Source: a virus
Taxonomy: Duplodnaviria; Caudoviricetes
DNA: 34,588 nucleotides
Strand: one strand, 5' to 3'
Virus record (IMG/VR): IMGVR_UViG_3300020431_000001
Coordinates: 1-34,588 of that record
Under the pieces are notes generated by a model. The model made no database searches and was not told the origin of the DNA. It saw nothing but the letters and a program-made list of their open reading frames with translations. Both the position numbers and the translations under genes were made by a program. The first letter of the stretch is position 1; every line of letters begins with the position of its first letter. Below, piece by piece: positions 9,805-21,600 of the stretch.

Positions 9805-12161
9805 TGGCAATAAAGAATAAAAGATTAGTAACTTCTATAGGTAATATCTCAGTAGGACAATCTTACGCTGGAGGAGAAGCAGCAAAACAAGTAGGCAAAG
9901 CAATATCTGGGCTAGGAGATGTATTAGATAGTACAGTAACATATGCAAACAGAAAAAATAGTAGTGGTCTATCAATAGAATATATTAATACATTAGGTCA
10001 AATACAAAGAAATGAAATTAAAAATGTAGATGAAATAAGTGTAGCAGATGAAACAGAGCAAGCTAAACTTACACAAGCATTTTTAAACCAGGATTATGAA
10101 GCAGACCAAAGAATAACAACTGACAGTGTAGCTACAAGACTTTTTGTTGGGCCAATAAATGATTATATAAATAAACATTTTGATACAACACAAGCTGGAA
10201 CTATACCATTTGGAAATAATTTAGATGATTTTGATCCAGAAGCAGAATTTGATAATTTAATAAAAATATTTAAAGATGGAGAATTTGATTCTTTAAGTGA
10301 AGAAAATCAAGAAACAATTAGAAGTAAAATTATTTTACAAATGTCAAACAAAGTAAGCTCTTTACGACAAAGTCACAATACGATTGTAAGAGCTACTGCA
10401 GACAACAAAGAATGGAATCAATATCAGGATTCTTATTCTGATGGTGTTGAAACAGCAGTTGCTACAAACGGTCTTGGTGGTTTGTTAGTATACAATAAAA
10501 ACTATGAAAATACTGCTGTAGAATTAGCAGTAAAGTTACGAAAAACATATCGTAGAGGTTCAATTACCGCTGCGAATTTACAAATTTTTACTGACGCTAT
10601 AATAGATCAAGCATATCAATCTGATGAAGGACAAGACTATATAAAATCATGGATTAAAGTATTAAACAATAAACAAGAATCTGTTGGCGTTTCTATAGAT
10701 GGTAAAACAGAATTTATTACTAAAGATGATTTAAACGACTATGGTATTAATCCAGAAAATCAAGTTGAGTTTGAAAGAGAGCTTACAGATCATTTAAACT
10801 TAAGTGTTTCTATACAATCTGGAGTACAATTTTTAGGAGCTGGTGGTTCAAACGGCATATATACAGATGTTCAAGCAGCAGAAATAGAAAAAGTTACAAC
10901 CTCTGCAATAGAAGAGTTAACAACCAATCAAGTAGATTCAAATTTTGCTAACATGCCAGTAGAAGAAAAAAGAAAATATTTTAAAAGTTTTGCTTTTACA
11001 ATAGCTTCAGAAAGTAATTATGTAGGAAACAGTATGTCAGATGAAATAGTTAATCAACTTGTAACATCTGGAAACATAGTCGAAATAATGGAAATAGTTT
11101 CTACGTTTGCTAAAATAGAATCTGTTAATACAGGAGCTATTGAATATGGAGATGGTGAAAGTGCTAAAAAATTAGAAAATTTAATAAAACATTATACTGT
11201 TGATCCAGAATTTAGTTTACTTTCTGGTAACAGCATAAGTGAAAGAGTGCAAAATTTTTTACAAAACAACGAACCTATGATTAACGCAGAAAGAGTAACT
11301 GTTTCAATGAAAACAAAATCTGGTAATCTTGATAGTAGTGTAAAATTAAGTAATCTTTTAGGAGTAGGTAGTAATGTTTTAAGTGTTAACGATCAAAAAT
11401 CTTTTACAGATTTATTGTCTGATGGGTTAAGTGAACTTAATAGAAACGAAAGAAATAAAATTCAAGCGACTTTAGGGTTAGACGAAACATTTAGAAAATC
11501 AGATAAAAAAGACGTAGCTAAATTTTCACAAATGCTTACATCAAGAGATCCTATATTTGCAGACTTTATAAAAAACGAAATTTTACTTTCTGTAAGCAAT
11601 CAACTAAATAATACAGAAGAAGGTAATAACGAAGCTATTGATTATAATACATTAAAAGCATATTCAGTTAATGCTGTTGTTAAATTTTCAAAACAATTTA
11701 CATATGATCCTGATAGTAGAAATGGATTTGTTAAAAAAAATAGAGTGCCTGTTACTGCTAAAACATTAAATCTTCCTAAAGAACAACAAGTTAGAATAGT
11801 AGAAAGTAGTGGCGATAAAATATTTAGTTATATAGACAATACAGATAAAGGATTTTATGACAAAGATGATTTACAATTAGAGTATACTGGTGAGGTTGGT
11901 ATTAAAAATGAGGGAGAAGATTTTGTAGCTAGAGCTTTTCAAGTTTATATTTTAAATGATGCTGGTATTTCAGTAGAAGCATATAGAATTACTGAAGATG
12001 GTACTAGAAAAAATATAATTTGGTATGACACAGGGGACAAGCCTCTTACACAAGAAGAATTAAAAAAGAAAGCAAAAGAAAAATTAACAAGTATTAATAA
12101 TTCTCAATCAAAAATTGAAGAGATACTCAATCCTTTTGGATTTAGTAGAGAAGTGTACTAA
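9804..12161 (+). CDS. Internal virion (ejection) protein, gp15-like
   Basis: 785 aa, largely helical, TAATG-coupled; assignment by synteny. Confidence 0.6.
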   Translation: MAIKNKRLVTSIGNISVGQSYAGGEAAKQVGKAISGLGDVLDSTVTYANRKNSSGLSIEYINTLGQIQRNEIKNVDEISVADETEQAKLTQAFLNQDYEADQRITTDSVATRLFVGPINDYINKHFDTTQAGTIPFGNNLDDFDPEAEFDNLIKIFKDGEFDSLSEENQETIRSKIILQMSNKVSSLRQSHNTIVRATADNKEWNQYQDSYSDGVETAVATNGLGGLLVYNKNYENTAVELAVKLRKTYRRGSITAANLQIFTDAIIDQAYQSDEGQDYIKSWIKVLNNKQESVGVSIDGKTEFITKDDLNDYGINPENQVEFERELTDHLNLSVSIQSGVQFLGAGGSNGIYTDVQAAEIEKVTTSAIEELTTNQVDSNFANMPVEEKRKYFKSFAFTIASESNYVGNSMSDEIVNQLVTSGNIVEIMEIVSTFAKIESVNTGAIEYGDGESAKKLENLIKHYTVDPEFSLLSGNSISERVQNFLQNNEPMINAERVTVSMKTKSGNLDSSVKLSNLLGVGSNVLSVNDQKSFTDLLSDGLSELNRNERNKIQATLGLDETFRKSDKKDVAKFSQMLTSRDPIFADFIKNEILLSVSNQLNNTEEGNNEAIDYNTLKAYSVNAVVKFSKQFTYDPDSRNGFVKKNRVPVTAKTLNLPKEQQVRIVESSGDKIFSYIDNTDKGFYDKDDLQLEYTGEVGIKNEGEDFVARAFQVYILNDAGISVEAYRITEDGTRKNIIWYDTGDKPLTQEELKKKAKEKLTSINNSQSKIEEILNPFGFSREVY

Positions 12162-15100
12162 TGCCACTTTTTGAAGATGATAATATAGGAAGTATAGAAA
12201 GAGATTTTTTTAAAAAAATAGAACCTATTGAAACAGAAACAGAAAATAAAGCTGAAGGTATTGGCTTTAAAGATATATCAAGTTTGCCATCCCTTGCTTC
12301 ATATGTATTAAATAATTCATCACAAATATGGGATGATGTTTCAACTCTTTGGAAAACATTGCCAGTCTCCGAAATAAGTACTTTAATACAAAGAGAGAGT
12401 GTAGTTAAACAATTTGGTGTTGATGAAGATTTTGTTAATAACGAATTATGGTGGCAACAAGCTGACAAAGAATTGCTTTTTCATCAGAATGGAAAATTTG
12501 TTAAAGCAATAAGTGAAGCTAATAACTCTCAAGAATTAAAAATAATACAAGATAATATCTATGAAAACCTAGAAGCAAAAGAAAAAATAGGTGATTACAA
12601 TATGGGTTATCAATTATTTTTGTGGAGTACATCTTTAGCCCAAGATCCTTTTATGGTGTTAAATCCAACAAAAGGTATTCATACTTTAAATAGTGCAAGT
12701 AAAAATTTTGCAATAGCTGCAACAAGAACAGCAGCACTAACAATGCCATGGGAAGTAGCAAGATTACAATTAGATCCAACATCAGATTTTAAAGAACTAA
12801 AATATACTTTAGGTGGAGCAATGTTATTTGGCGGAACTATTGGTTCTTTAATGGGAAAGTATAGTAAAAAATTAAGGCATAAAGAAATAGACAAAGTTTT
12901 GAATGATTCCTGGGATGAAATAAATGATCTTATTGATATGCCAAGAAACGAAATGTATTTACTTGGATCAAAGCAAAGAACAAAAGATATAAATTTTAAT
13001 GAGATAGATGAAATATCAGATCAATCATGGAGAAATGATATTTTAAGAGATATAGATGTTAGTAATATTGCTTTTAGAGTAACAAGAAATATTTTAAAAA
13101 GACCTTTTGGTTTAGATAAATCTTGGTTAGATGAGTCTTACGATTCTGTAACTGTTTTAGTAAAAGGAAAAAAAATATCTATTAAAGAAGGTAATGAAAT
13201 ACTAGACATAACAACTAATTTATCTGGAGACAATAGTTATTTACTTACTAAAACTGATGAAACAGTAGAAGCTTCTGTAAATACTCTTTATCAAAAAAAT
13301 CAATATGGAAAAATTCATACAGTAAAAAAATCTATTAATGATGCTTTTTTAGAAATAAATGACATTCAAAGAGGTTATGGATTAGGAGGATTTTTTGGAG
13401 ACATAGATCTTAATATGCAAGCAAAAAGATTAGGAACTACTATTAACAAAGTTAGTCCTATAAAAGTAACAGAAGATGTATTAATTAAGAAAAAAGATAT
13501 AGAAACTTTATTATATTTTGAAAGAGGTTATGCATCAAAAAATTTAGATGAGTTTATAAATAATCATAAAGAAATAATACTAACTAATGATCGTGAAAAA
13601 ATAGCAAAAATATATAAAGCTGTTAAAGAACAATCTAAAGTTTATGGTTCTGTTTATGATGATGTTAAAGCTGATTTAATAAGCGTTGGATTATTAAATG
13701 ACGATTACTCTGCTACCTTAAGAAAAACTATAGATGATTTAGAAGCAAAAATTTCTAAATACAATAACTTAATAAAACAAACAAAAGCAAAAAAAAATAT
13801 AAAAAAAGAAACTAAAGATTTAATTTTATCAAGGTATCAAAACGAATTAGATAAAGTAAGTTTAGTGCTAAGAGCAGAAAAAGAAAACTTAGCAGACTAC
13901 AAGCCAACTGTTGAAACAAAATTTCAAAGTGATTATGTTCCAATTATATATGACACAGGAGCAATAAGAAGAAATAGAGAGTGGGTTACAAATGAAATAA
14001 CAAAAATATATAGTGGGCCTAGAAAGTTAGCAAGAAAAAGAGCAGAAGAAACAATAAAAAAAATATTAAAAGAAGGTGATGGTAATTTTCAAAACACATC
14101 TGGTGTTGGAAGAAAAAAAGGATCTTCTTTTTTACTAGAAAGATCCTTAGATTTACCACCTCATATATTAAAAGTAATTGGTGTAACAGATCCAGAAATT
14201 GTTTTTAAAACATACATTAGAAAAATTGGACCTAGAATTGAAATAGCTAAAAAATATGATGGAGACTTATCATTATCAAAACAACTCGATAGAGTAGATG
14301 AAATATTTAATGATGCTATATTAAAAGCAAAATCTAAAAAAGAAATCAATAGTCTTGATTTACAAAGAATGTTGCACAAACAAAACATAGAAGATATGCG
14401 AGATTCTTTATTAGGCAATCTTATAAAAAATTCTGATGGTAATAGAATAGATGCAAAAATTGCTAGAGATTTAAAAAACTCAGCAGCAATGGCTTTAGGT
14501 GGTACGTTTGGTGTAAATAGTTTTATTGATATGACAAACATTTTAGCTGCTCAAGGATTTAAACCAATTTTTAATACAGCAAAAAATTTATTAACATCTA
14601 CTAAAGCTGCAAGAATTGCTTTAGCAGAAAATAAACAGTTATTAAAAAGCTGGGGTATTTTAAGTGAAATGTCTATGTCAACAGTTGGAGCTAGAGTAAT
14701 AGAAGATGACGGTGTTTTTCCTACTGGCAATAGAATAAGTATGCTTATGGACAAAGGAGCAAATGAAGTACACAAATATAGCGGACTAGGACCTATAACA
14801 AATTTTTTAAAATCAATATCAGGAAGAATATCTCAACAATCATTTATTGAAACATCAATAGAAATTGCTAAAGGTGTAACATATGTAAATGGTAAACCTA
14901 AAGTAAGAATAGACCATAAAAAAAGATTACACATATTAAATATGTACGGTCTTTCTTTAAGAGATGTTTTAGATATAGGACTACAAAGAGCTGGTTCTGG
15001 TGTAACATACACAGAAACAAAAGGATTAGGAACAAAACTTTATAATGTAAATACTGATGCATGGAAAGGAGCAAGAGGTCAAGAACTTGCAGATAAATTT

Positions 15101-15931
15101 AGTACAGCAGTATGGGCAGAAACAAATGCTTTAGTAATGACTCCATCAATGGCTCAAATACCAGGATGGCAAAAAGGTGTATGGAGAGGTGTGCCAATAC
15201 TTCCTTTTACTCAAGACATGGGTTTAAAAACAAGATTAAAATTAGAAAAAGATGCAGTTATTATTACAAAAGAACTGCAATCTGCTTATAAATCTGGTGA
15301 TAAAATAAGAATACAAGAAGCGCAAGATAAATTTTTTGCAAACAAATCTGAAATAACAAATGCTGGTAGAACTTATGCTCCATTATTTTCAATGATGTTT
15401 CAGTTTCTTAATTTTGGAATTGGTGCAACACAAAAAATACTTGGTGCATACACACAAGGCAGACACCAAGCTAAATTAATAGGGTTAACATCTGCTATGA
15501 TGATGTCGTGGACTGTTCAAAATATAAAAAATCCATACTTTGACCAACTTTCAATGGAAGAACAATTTTTAAAAACAGCTGAGTATATTGGCCCAGCATC
15601 ATGGGTATTTAATGCAGAAAATTATATAAATACATTATCACCATTTTTACCAGAAGAAATAAATGGTGGTAATCCTATAGGTTTTAGAAGCGCATTAGGT
15701 GTAGATCCTCAATTTGATGTTAGCTCACAAGAATCTGTTGCTAGACTAGGAGGAACTCCTTTACATATTCCAATTACAGTAGCAAAAGTATTGTTTGAAG
15801 ATGATTTAAGTACATCTAACAAACTTAGTTTATTAAGAAGTACATTACCTTTTATGAATTTACCTTATACAAAACCAGCTGCTAAAAAAGCACAAAATTT
15901 TTATGAAGATAATTTTCTACTAGGAGATTAA
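12161..15931 (+). CDS. Large internal virion (ejection) protein, gp16-like
   Basis: 1256 aa; YVP.IYD motif, C-terminal MMFQF..F and LPF.N motifs; synteny. Confidence 0.7.
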   Translation: MPLFEDDNIGSIERDFFKKIEPIETETENKAEGIGFKDISSLPSLASYVLNNSSQIWDDVSTLWKTLPVSEISTLIQRESVVKQFGVDEDFVNNELWWQQADKELLFHQNGKFVKAISEANNSQELKIIQDNIYENLEAKEKIGDYNMGYQLFLWSTSLAQDPFMVLNPTKGIHTLNSASKNFAIAATRTAALTMPWEVARLQLDPTSDFKELKYTLGGAMLFGGTIGSLMGKYSKKLRHKEIDKVLNDSWDEINDLIDMPRNEMYLLGSKQRTKDINFNEIDEISDQSWRNDILRDIDVSNIAFRVTRNILKRPFGLDKSWLDESYDSVTVLVKGKKISIKEGNEILDITTNLSGDNSYLLTKTDETVEASVNTLYQKNQYGKIHTVKKSINDAFLEINDIQRGYGLGGFFGDIDLNMQAKRLGTTINKVSPIKVTEDVLIKKKDIETLLYFERGYASKNLDEFINNHKEIILTNDREKIAKIYKAVKEQSKVYGSVYDDVKADLISVGLLNDDYSATLRKTIDDLEAKISKYNNLIKQTKAKKNIKKETKDLILSRYQNELDKVSLVLRAEKENLADYKPTVETKFQSDYVPIIYDTGAIRRNREWVTNEITKIYSGPRKLARKRAEETIKKILKEGDGNFQNTSGVGRKKGSSFLLERSLDLPPHILKVIGVTDPEIVFKTYIRKIGPRIEIAKKYDGDLSLSKQLDRVDEIFNDAILKAKSKKEINSLDLQRMLHKQNIEDMRDSLLGNLIKNSDGNRIDAKIARDLKNSAAMALGGTFGVNSFIDMTNILAAQGFKPIFNTAKNLLTSTKAARIALAENKQLLKSWGILSEMSMSTVGARVIEDDGVFPTGNRISMLMDKGANEVHKYSGLGPITNFLKSISGRISQQSFIETSIEIAKGVTYVNGKPKVRIDHKKRLHILNMYGLSLRDVLDIGLQRAGSGVTYTETKGLGTKLYNVNTDAWKGARGQELADKFSTAVWAETNALVMTPSMAQIPGWQKGVWRGVPILPFTQDMGLKTRLKLEKDAVIITKELQSAYKSGDKIRIQEAQDKFFANKSEITNAGRTYAPLFSMMFQFLNFGIGATQKILGAYTQGRHQAKLIGLTSAMMMSWTVQNIKNPYFDQLSMEEQFLKTAEYIGPASWVFNAENYINTLSPFLPEEINGGNPIGFRSALGVDPQFDVSSQESVARLGGTPLHIPITVAKVLFEDDLSTSNKLSLLRSTLPFMNLPYTKPAAKKAQNFYEDNFLLGD

Positions 15932-15939
15932 GTGCGTTG
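15932..15939 (+). promoter_or_regulatory. Putative late promoter/activator motif GTGCGTTG, copy 3
   Basis: In the 41-nt intergenic gap before the tail fibre block. Confidence 0.5.
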
Positions 15940-15972
15940 CGTATTAACTAACAATAAGGAAAGTAAGACATT

Positions 15973-18225
15973 ATGGCTATAAGTGTATCAGATACAACTC
16001 CAAGAATAGAGTATACAGCACCAAGTAGTGGACAAACAGTATTTTCAGTACCTTTTGCTACCGAAGTAGCAACAGATATTAATGTATATGTTAATGATGT
16101 CCAAGCTACTTATGTTGCTAGTCTTGCTGGGCAAACAGGAACAGCGTTTACTTTAAATAATGTAGGTACTGCTAACAGTACAACTGTAGAGTTTGCTTCC
16201 TCACAAAAAAGTGTGACTATTGATATAATTAGAAACGGTGCTATATCTAGGACAACAGACTATAACACCGGTGGATTCTTTGACATCGAAACATTGAATA
16301 GTGAGCTGTCAAGAATCACCAGAAACCTACAGGACTTAGAGTTAAGAATTGACCAATCGATTAAAGCACCTATACAAGAAGGCGGTACTGGTACTCTACC
16401 GACAGCTTCCTCGAGAGCTGGAAAGCTCTTGGCTTTTGACGCATCTGGTAATGTCACCACTCAAACATCTGCTATTACTGAGTACCTTGGAGCTTTTGCG
16501 TCTGATTTAACAAACAGACCTGATGGTTCTTCATTACAAGTAGGTGACATATATTACAATACTACTCAAACAGAAACTCGTATATGGACAGGAAGTAATT
16601 GGGATTTAGTATTTGGTAGAGTACAACCTTTATCAACAACCTACACAAGTTCAGGATTAACAACAATAACACTTACTGCCAGACCAAGCTCTGTGCTTGC
16701 TATACTAGTTATTATTGATGGCATACTGCAAAACGTAAACAATTACACATTAAATGATAATGTTATTACATTTTCAACAGCTCCCCCTATTGGATCTTCT
16801 GTAGAAATTAGAGACTTTAGCTCTACTGTTTCTTCTGGTAGTGGAACTATTATTAATGTAGCTAGTGGATCAGAAGTTACACAGGCCAATATTGATATTG
16901 ATAAACTAATGGTAGACCTTGCAGCAGCTACAGGAAGAATTGATACATCACAACTATCAACTTCTTTACAAAATCAAATAGCAAATATATCTACTGTAGA
17001 AGGAAGAACATTAATTCTGGAAAACATTATTACACAAAGTGGTGTTAATGTAGTTACAGAGCAAGGCACAAAGATTACAGCATTAGAAACATTAACATCT
17101 GGTTTAGATAATACAGTTAATGGTTCTGCATCTACATCATTAGCTTCAAGAGTTTCTGCTTTAGAAGTATTACAAGTACAAGGCACTGGTAGTATAACAT
17201 TAGACCTTAATAGAATTACTAATCTGGAATCACAAGCATTTGAAGCAGATGGAACAACACCAAGATTAGCTACACTAAATCAACACAACTCATTAAACGC
17301 TACTGTCAGCACTCTTAATGGTACTACATCATCACACGCTACACAAATTTCAAACTTAGAATCTATTGTAACTGGTGGTACTGGAACAAGTATTTTAGCA
17401 AGTATATCAGAATTAAACCTTGTAAAAACAGATGTAGCAACAGCAAAAAGTGATGCTTTTACGGCAGCTGCTCAAGTATCAACTTTAAATACTACTTTAG
17501 GTGCTAACTCATTTACTATTACACAAACTACAGAAGCAGTTAATGGATTAAAAGGAAAGTATGGAATAAAAATTAACAACAATGGTCATATAGGTGGCTT
17601 TGGTCTTAACTCATCAGCTAATGAAGTAGGTGGTTCTACATTTACGTTTGCAGTTAATGCTGATAGATTTTTTATAGCAGATGACAATAATGTTGGATCA
17701 CCTCAAAAACCATTTAGTGTTACAAATGGTATAACAAACATTCGTGATGCTGCTATTGATTCTTTACAAGCTAATAAAATTAGAGGTGATGTTAATAAAG
17801 TAAATGTTGTTGAAACAACAAGCTCATCAACTACAAGCACTAGCTATCAATTAAAGTTATCTTGTGTTGTTCCTCAACCAGATAATACAGGATCAACTTC
17901 TGAAGGTCATGCTCCATTAGCTATTGCAAATGTATACTTTGATAACACAGCTAACGGAATGACTGTTAAACTTACTGCTGCAACTTGCGCAGATGACCAA
18001 GGTAATAATCCTGGTACAGAATATCTTATCCTTGAAACAGGAGAAGATTATTATGTTTCTAACTTTCATTTAAGTGGAGGAGTGCCATATCAAATTAGTG
18101 CATCTGGCAAAACATTAGCTCCAGTACTTTTTAGATTATATGTAAAATCTGGAGGTGCTGGTTTTGGTGGAGCTGTAAATGCAAATTTAACTAAAGCTAA
18201 TATTATAGGGTGGGGATTAAGATAA
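15973..18225 (+). CDS. Tail fibre protein with T7 gp17-like N-terminal adaptor
   Basis: YTA..GQTVFSVPF, LNSEL, R.GKLLAFDASG; coiled-coil repeats; GGFGL...FAVNADRF segment resembling lambda J/DUF1983-type C-terminal regions. Confidence 0.85.
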   Translation: MAISVSDTTPRIEYTAPSSGQTVFSVPFATEVATDINVYVNDVQATYVASLAGQTGTAFTLNNVGTANSTTVEFASSQKSVTIDIIRNGAISRTTDYNTGGFFDIETLNSELSRITRNLQDLELRIDQSIKAPIQEGGTGTLPTASSRAGKLLAFDASGNVTTQTSAITEYLGAFASDLTNRPDGSSLQVGDIYYNTTQTETRIWTGSNWDLVFGRVQPLSTTYTSSGLTTITLTARPSSVLAILVIIDGILQNVNNYTLNDNVITFSTAPPIGSSVEIRDFSSTVSSGSGTIINVASGSEVTQANIDIDKLMVDLAAATGRIDTSQLSTSLQNQIANISTVEGRTLILENIITQSGVNVVTEQGTKITALETLTSGLDNTVNGSASTSLASRVSALEVLQVQGTGSITLDLNRITNLESQAFEADGTTPRLATLNQHNSLNATVSTLNGTTSSHATQISNLESIVTGGTGTSILASISELNLVKTDVATAKSDAFTAAAQVSTLNTTLGANSFTITQTTEAVNGLKGKYGIKINNNGHIGGFGLNSSANEVGGSTFTFAVNADRFFIADDNNVGSPQKPFSVTNGITNIRDAAIDSLQANKIRGDVNKVNVVETTSSSTTSTSYQLKLSCVVPQPDNTGSTSEGHAPLAIANVYFDNTANGMTVKLTAATCADDQGNNPGTEYLILETGEDYYVSNFHLSGGVPYQISASGKTLAPVLFRLYVKSGGAGFGGAVNANLTKANIIGWGLR

Positions 18226-18686
18226 TGCCAAGATTAACAGAACAACAAATGATAGATGCACAAAAAAAAGCATCAAAAGATATTGAAGAAAGTCAGGTAA
18301 GAATTGAAAAAGAAGATAAAGAATATCAAGAGTTATTAACAAAACAACAAAACAAATCAACTGAAACTGAAAATGGTTATTATATTAAAGTTATTAACGA
18401 CAATGAATACGATCAACAAATGGGCAGAATTAAACATGATGATAGTTATGAATTAATAATTCCATTTGAAGGTACTGTTAGTAGTGGACATGAAATATAT
18501 ATTGCCAGAAATGACAAAGGTATATTAGAACAAAGAGTTAGAAGAAGAGATTTAAATTACCAAGAAGAAAGAATATTAAAGTACCCACAAATAGCAGAAC
18601 AATTAGATATGATATATCACGACATAGATAAATGGAAAGAAACTATAAAAGAAATTAAAGAGTTACACCCTAAAGGAGAGAACTAA
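18225..18686 (+). CDS. Tail fibre-associated (assembly/chaperone-like) protein
   Basis: The likely start is the ATG overlapping the previous stop (TAATG at 18223-18227); C-terminal YQEER..KYP.IAEQLDMIYHD..W...IK..HPK motif common beside marine phage fibres. Confidence 0.65.
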   Translation: MPRLTEQQMIDAQKKASKDIEESQVRIEKEDKEYQELLTKQQNKSTETENGYYIKVINDNEYDQQMGRIKHDDSYELIIPFEGTVSSGHEIYIARNDKGILEQRVRRRDLNYQEERILKYPQIAEQLDMIYHDIDKWKETIKEIKELHPKGEN

Positions 18687-21600
18687 TGACTATTACTACA
18701 GTACACGGTAGAATGATAACAGATGGATCTGTTGGAACTGCTGACCTAGATGGTAGCGGTGTAACTACTGGATTTACTGGTGTAAGTAAAACAGATAATG
18801 GCGATGGTACATTTGATATTATTTTTACAGCTGTTGGTGGTGCTACATATAGCATTACAACTCCTGATTTAACTGGGCCGACAGGACTTACTGGTAGTGC
18901 TGGTACTCCTGGCGCTCAAGGACAACAAGGTCAAATTGGACAACAAGGTACTACAGGCAATGCTGGACCTCCTGGTACATCTGGCATAACTATAACTAAT
19001 GCTTCTAGGACAATTAACTCTAATTACACTCTTACATTTAACTTTACTTTTTCTGATGGAAGTAGCCATAGTTTTACATCTCAAAATTTAAGAGGAGCTC
19101 AAGGCGCTCAAGGTAATATAGGAAACACTGGTCCTCAAGGTGACCAAGGTGTTCAAGGCGATCAAGGTATACAGGGCTTAACAGGACAGACAGGACAGAC
19201 AGGAACTACAGGAAATACAGGCGCAACTGGAACATCAATTAGTAGTATTGCATCAACTGATAATGGAAATTACACATATGATGTAGTACATACTATGTCA
19301 GATGGCACTACTCAAACAATAACAACTCCTAATTTAAGAGGTCCTATTGGAGCAACTGGTCCTCAAGGTTCTGGTTTAACAGATCTTCAATCTGATACTA
19401 CACCGCAACTAGGTGGAAACTTAGATGCTAATGATAAATCTATTACTAATGCAACAATAGTATCTGGTAAAAACATTTCTTCTGAGTATGGATCTTCTTC
19501 TGCTCCTGTAACTTTTGTTGTAACAGTAGCAAGTAAAACATCAGCTCATGTTTATAATGGTGATGGTAGTGGTAGCGGTTATTTTATTGATGGTGTTGAA
19601 TCACCGGCATTAAACTTTGGTGGTGCTGATTCTACTACATCTAACTCAGGTTATGTTTATAAGTTTGACCAATCAGACAATACTAATTCTGGTCACCCTT
19701 TATTATTTTATACTGATGCTGCTAAAACTACAGCTTACACAACAAACGTAACTACTTCTGGAACTCCTGGTTCTTCTGGAGCTTACACTCAAATAGAAGT
19801 AACAGAATCTACTCCTAATATTTTATACTATCAATGTTCTGCTCATGGATATATGGGTAACTACGCAACTACTCCTTCTAAAAATTTAGGAACTGCTGCA
19901 TCATCTGATGCTTCTGCGTTTGCAACATCTGCCCAAGGAACTTTAGCAGATAATGCTTTAGCTTCTAGCAATAACTTATCTGATTTAGGTAGCTCTAGCA
20001 CAGCAAGAACTAACTTAGGATTAGGAACAGCATCTACTTTAGCATCTGGTACATCTGCTAATCAGTTATTGCAATTAGATAGTAATGCAAAAATACCGGC
20101 AGTAGATGGATCACAAATTACTGGCATTGAAGCTGGTGGTTTAGGTGGTAGAAAAACCTTAACTGCAAGTGGAGCTGTAACAGCACATGATCCTATTGCT
20201 TTACTAAGTAACGGACAAGGAATTAAAATTGTTGAAACTGTTGCTTCAGAAGTAAGTAGTGTAAGCATACAAGCTGAAGCTCAATCAAGTACTTACACAG
20301 GTTGGCCCAATCAACTTGGAGAAGGAATTGGTAGTACTGTAAGTAATGCACAAGTCTTTGGTAACTTTGGTGCTAGACCTATAATTTTTAATACTGTTAA
20401 TAATTATTTTGTTTGTGCTTTTGGATCTAATGACAATAGTGGCAACGTAAGATTAAGAGCTTTTACTTGTGACTCTTCTGGTAATTTTGAGTTTGGAACT
20501 ACTGTTATAGGTTACACTCAAAGAGCAACAATGTTTGAAATATGCTATAACCCAGATCAAAATTTTGTTCATATGATTTTAAGAAAAAATAGTGACGGTG
20601 GTATTAAATTAAAAACAATATCTTGTGCAAACAATTTAACTCTTAGTGTAATAGCAGATTCAGATCCATTTAGTGGTGCTGGAAATTGTACTTGGGCAAG
20701 CATTATGTATTGCACAGTATTAAATAGTTTAGTTATGGTTACAAAAGGTACAGCTCCTTATCCTTGGAGTGGTAGCAACCAAATGCTTTTTAGAAATTAT
20801 ACTGTATCTGCTAATGGATCAACAAGTAATGGTAATGGTTTTATTTCTTATTGGGGACAATTTGAGCCTTTTGGTGGCACAGGTTATGGAGATGGAGATT
20901 ATTTTTTAGTAGCATTACCAACTGGTACTACTGGTTCTACTACTTCTCCTGGAGATAGTTTTGGTACTGTAAACGATAGACCTACTGGAGTTTTAATAGG
21001 CGGAAATCCTACTGGAAGTTATTATGTTGAAACTAAATTTTTTCATGGAGCTGCTAATAGTTCTGGTACTACTTTTTATAGAGGTGAGCAAAAGTCATTA
21101 ACATCACTTACTACTTCTACATCTAACTGGTGGAGAATGACAGCTCAATATGATCCATCATCTGAAAGTGTTATTCTAGCTGGAGTAACTCAACATCCTT
21201 CATACCGACCTTGGTACACTGCTATTGCTGCTAAAAATTTAGGTAATAGCACATCATCAACTAATGGTTACTGGTCAATGACAACACCATATAATAATGG
21301 TCTTAATTATTTAGCTAGTAATGATGGTAGATCAAATTATGCACCACAAATTGCACCAGACTCATCTAATAATAAAGTTCTTATTTCATACGTTGGTAAT
21401 CATAATGGTTCGTACACTGCTACTGATTTAAATAAAGTTGTTGTATATAACTTAAGTGTTGCTGGTACTCCACAAAGCGCACCAACATTTACTTTGTCAT
21501 CTAATGTTCAAACACCAGTTATGCAAGACACAGATGGCGATCATTATTTAGCACAACAATCTAATGGTACAGCAATATGTTTTGATAACTCTGGTAATGG

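Noticed and set aside
18870-19370. Short nucleotide repeats as a CRISPR or tandem array
   Set aside because: They are collagen Gly-X-Y codons within the fibre gene.
96-20268. Numerous short alternative-frame and antisense ORFs within structural genes
   Set aside because: They lie inside well-supported genes, lack RBSs or motifs and look like shadow ORFs.
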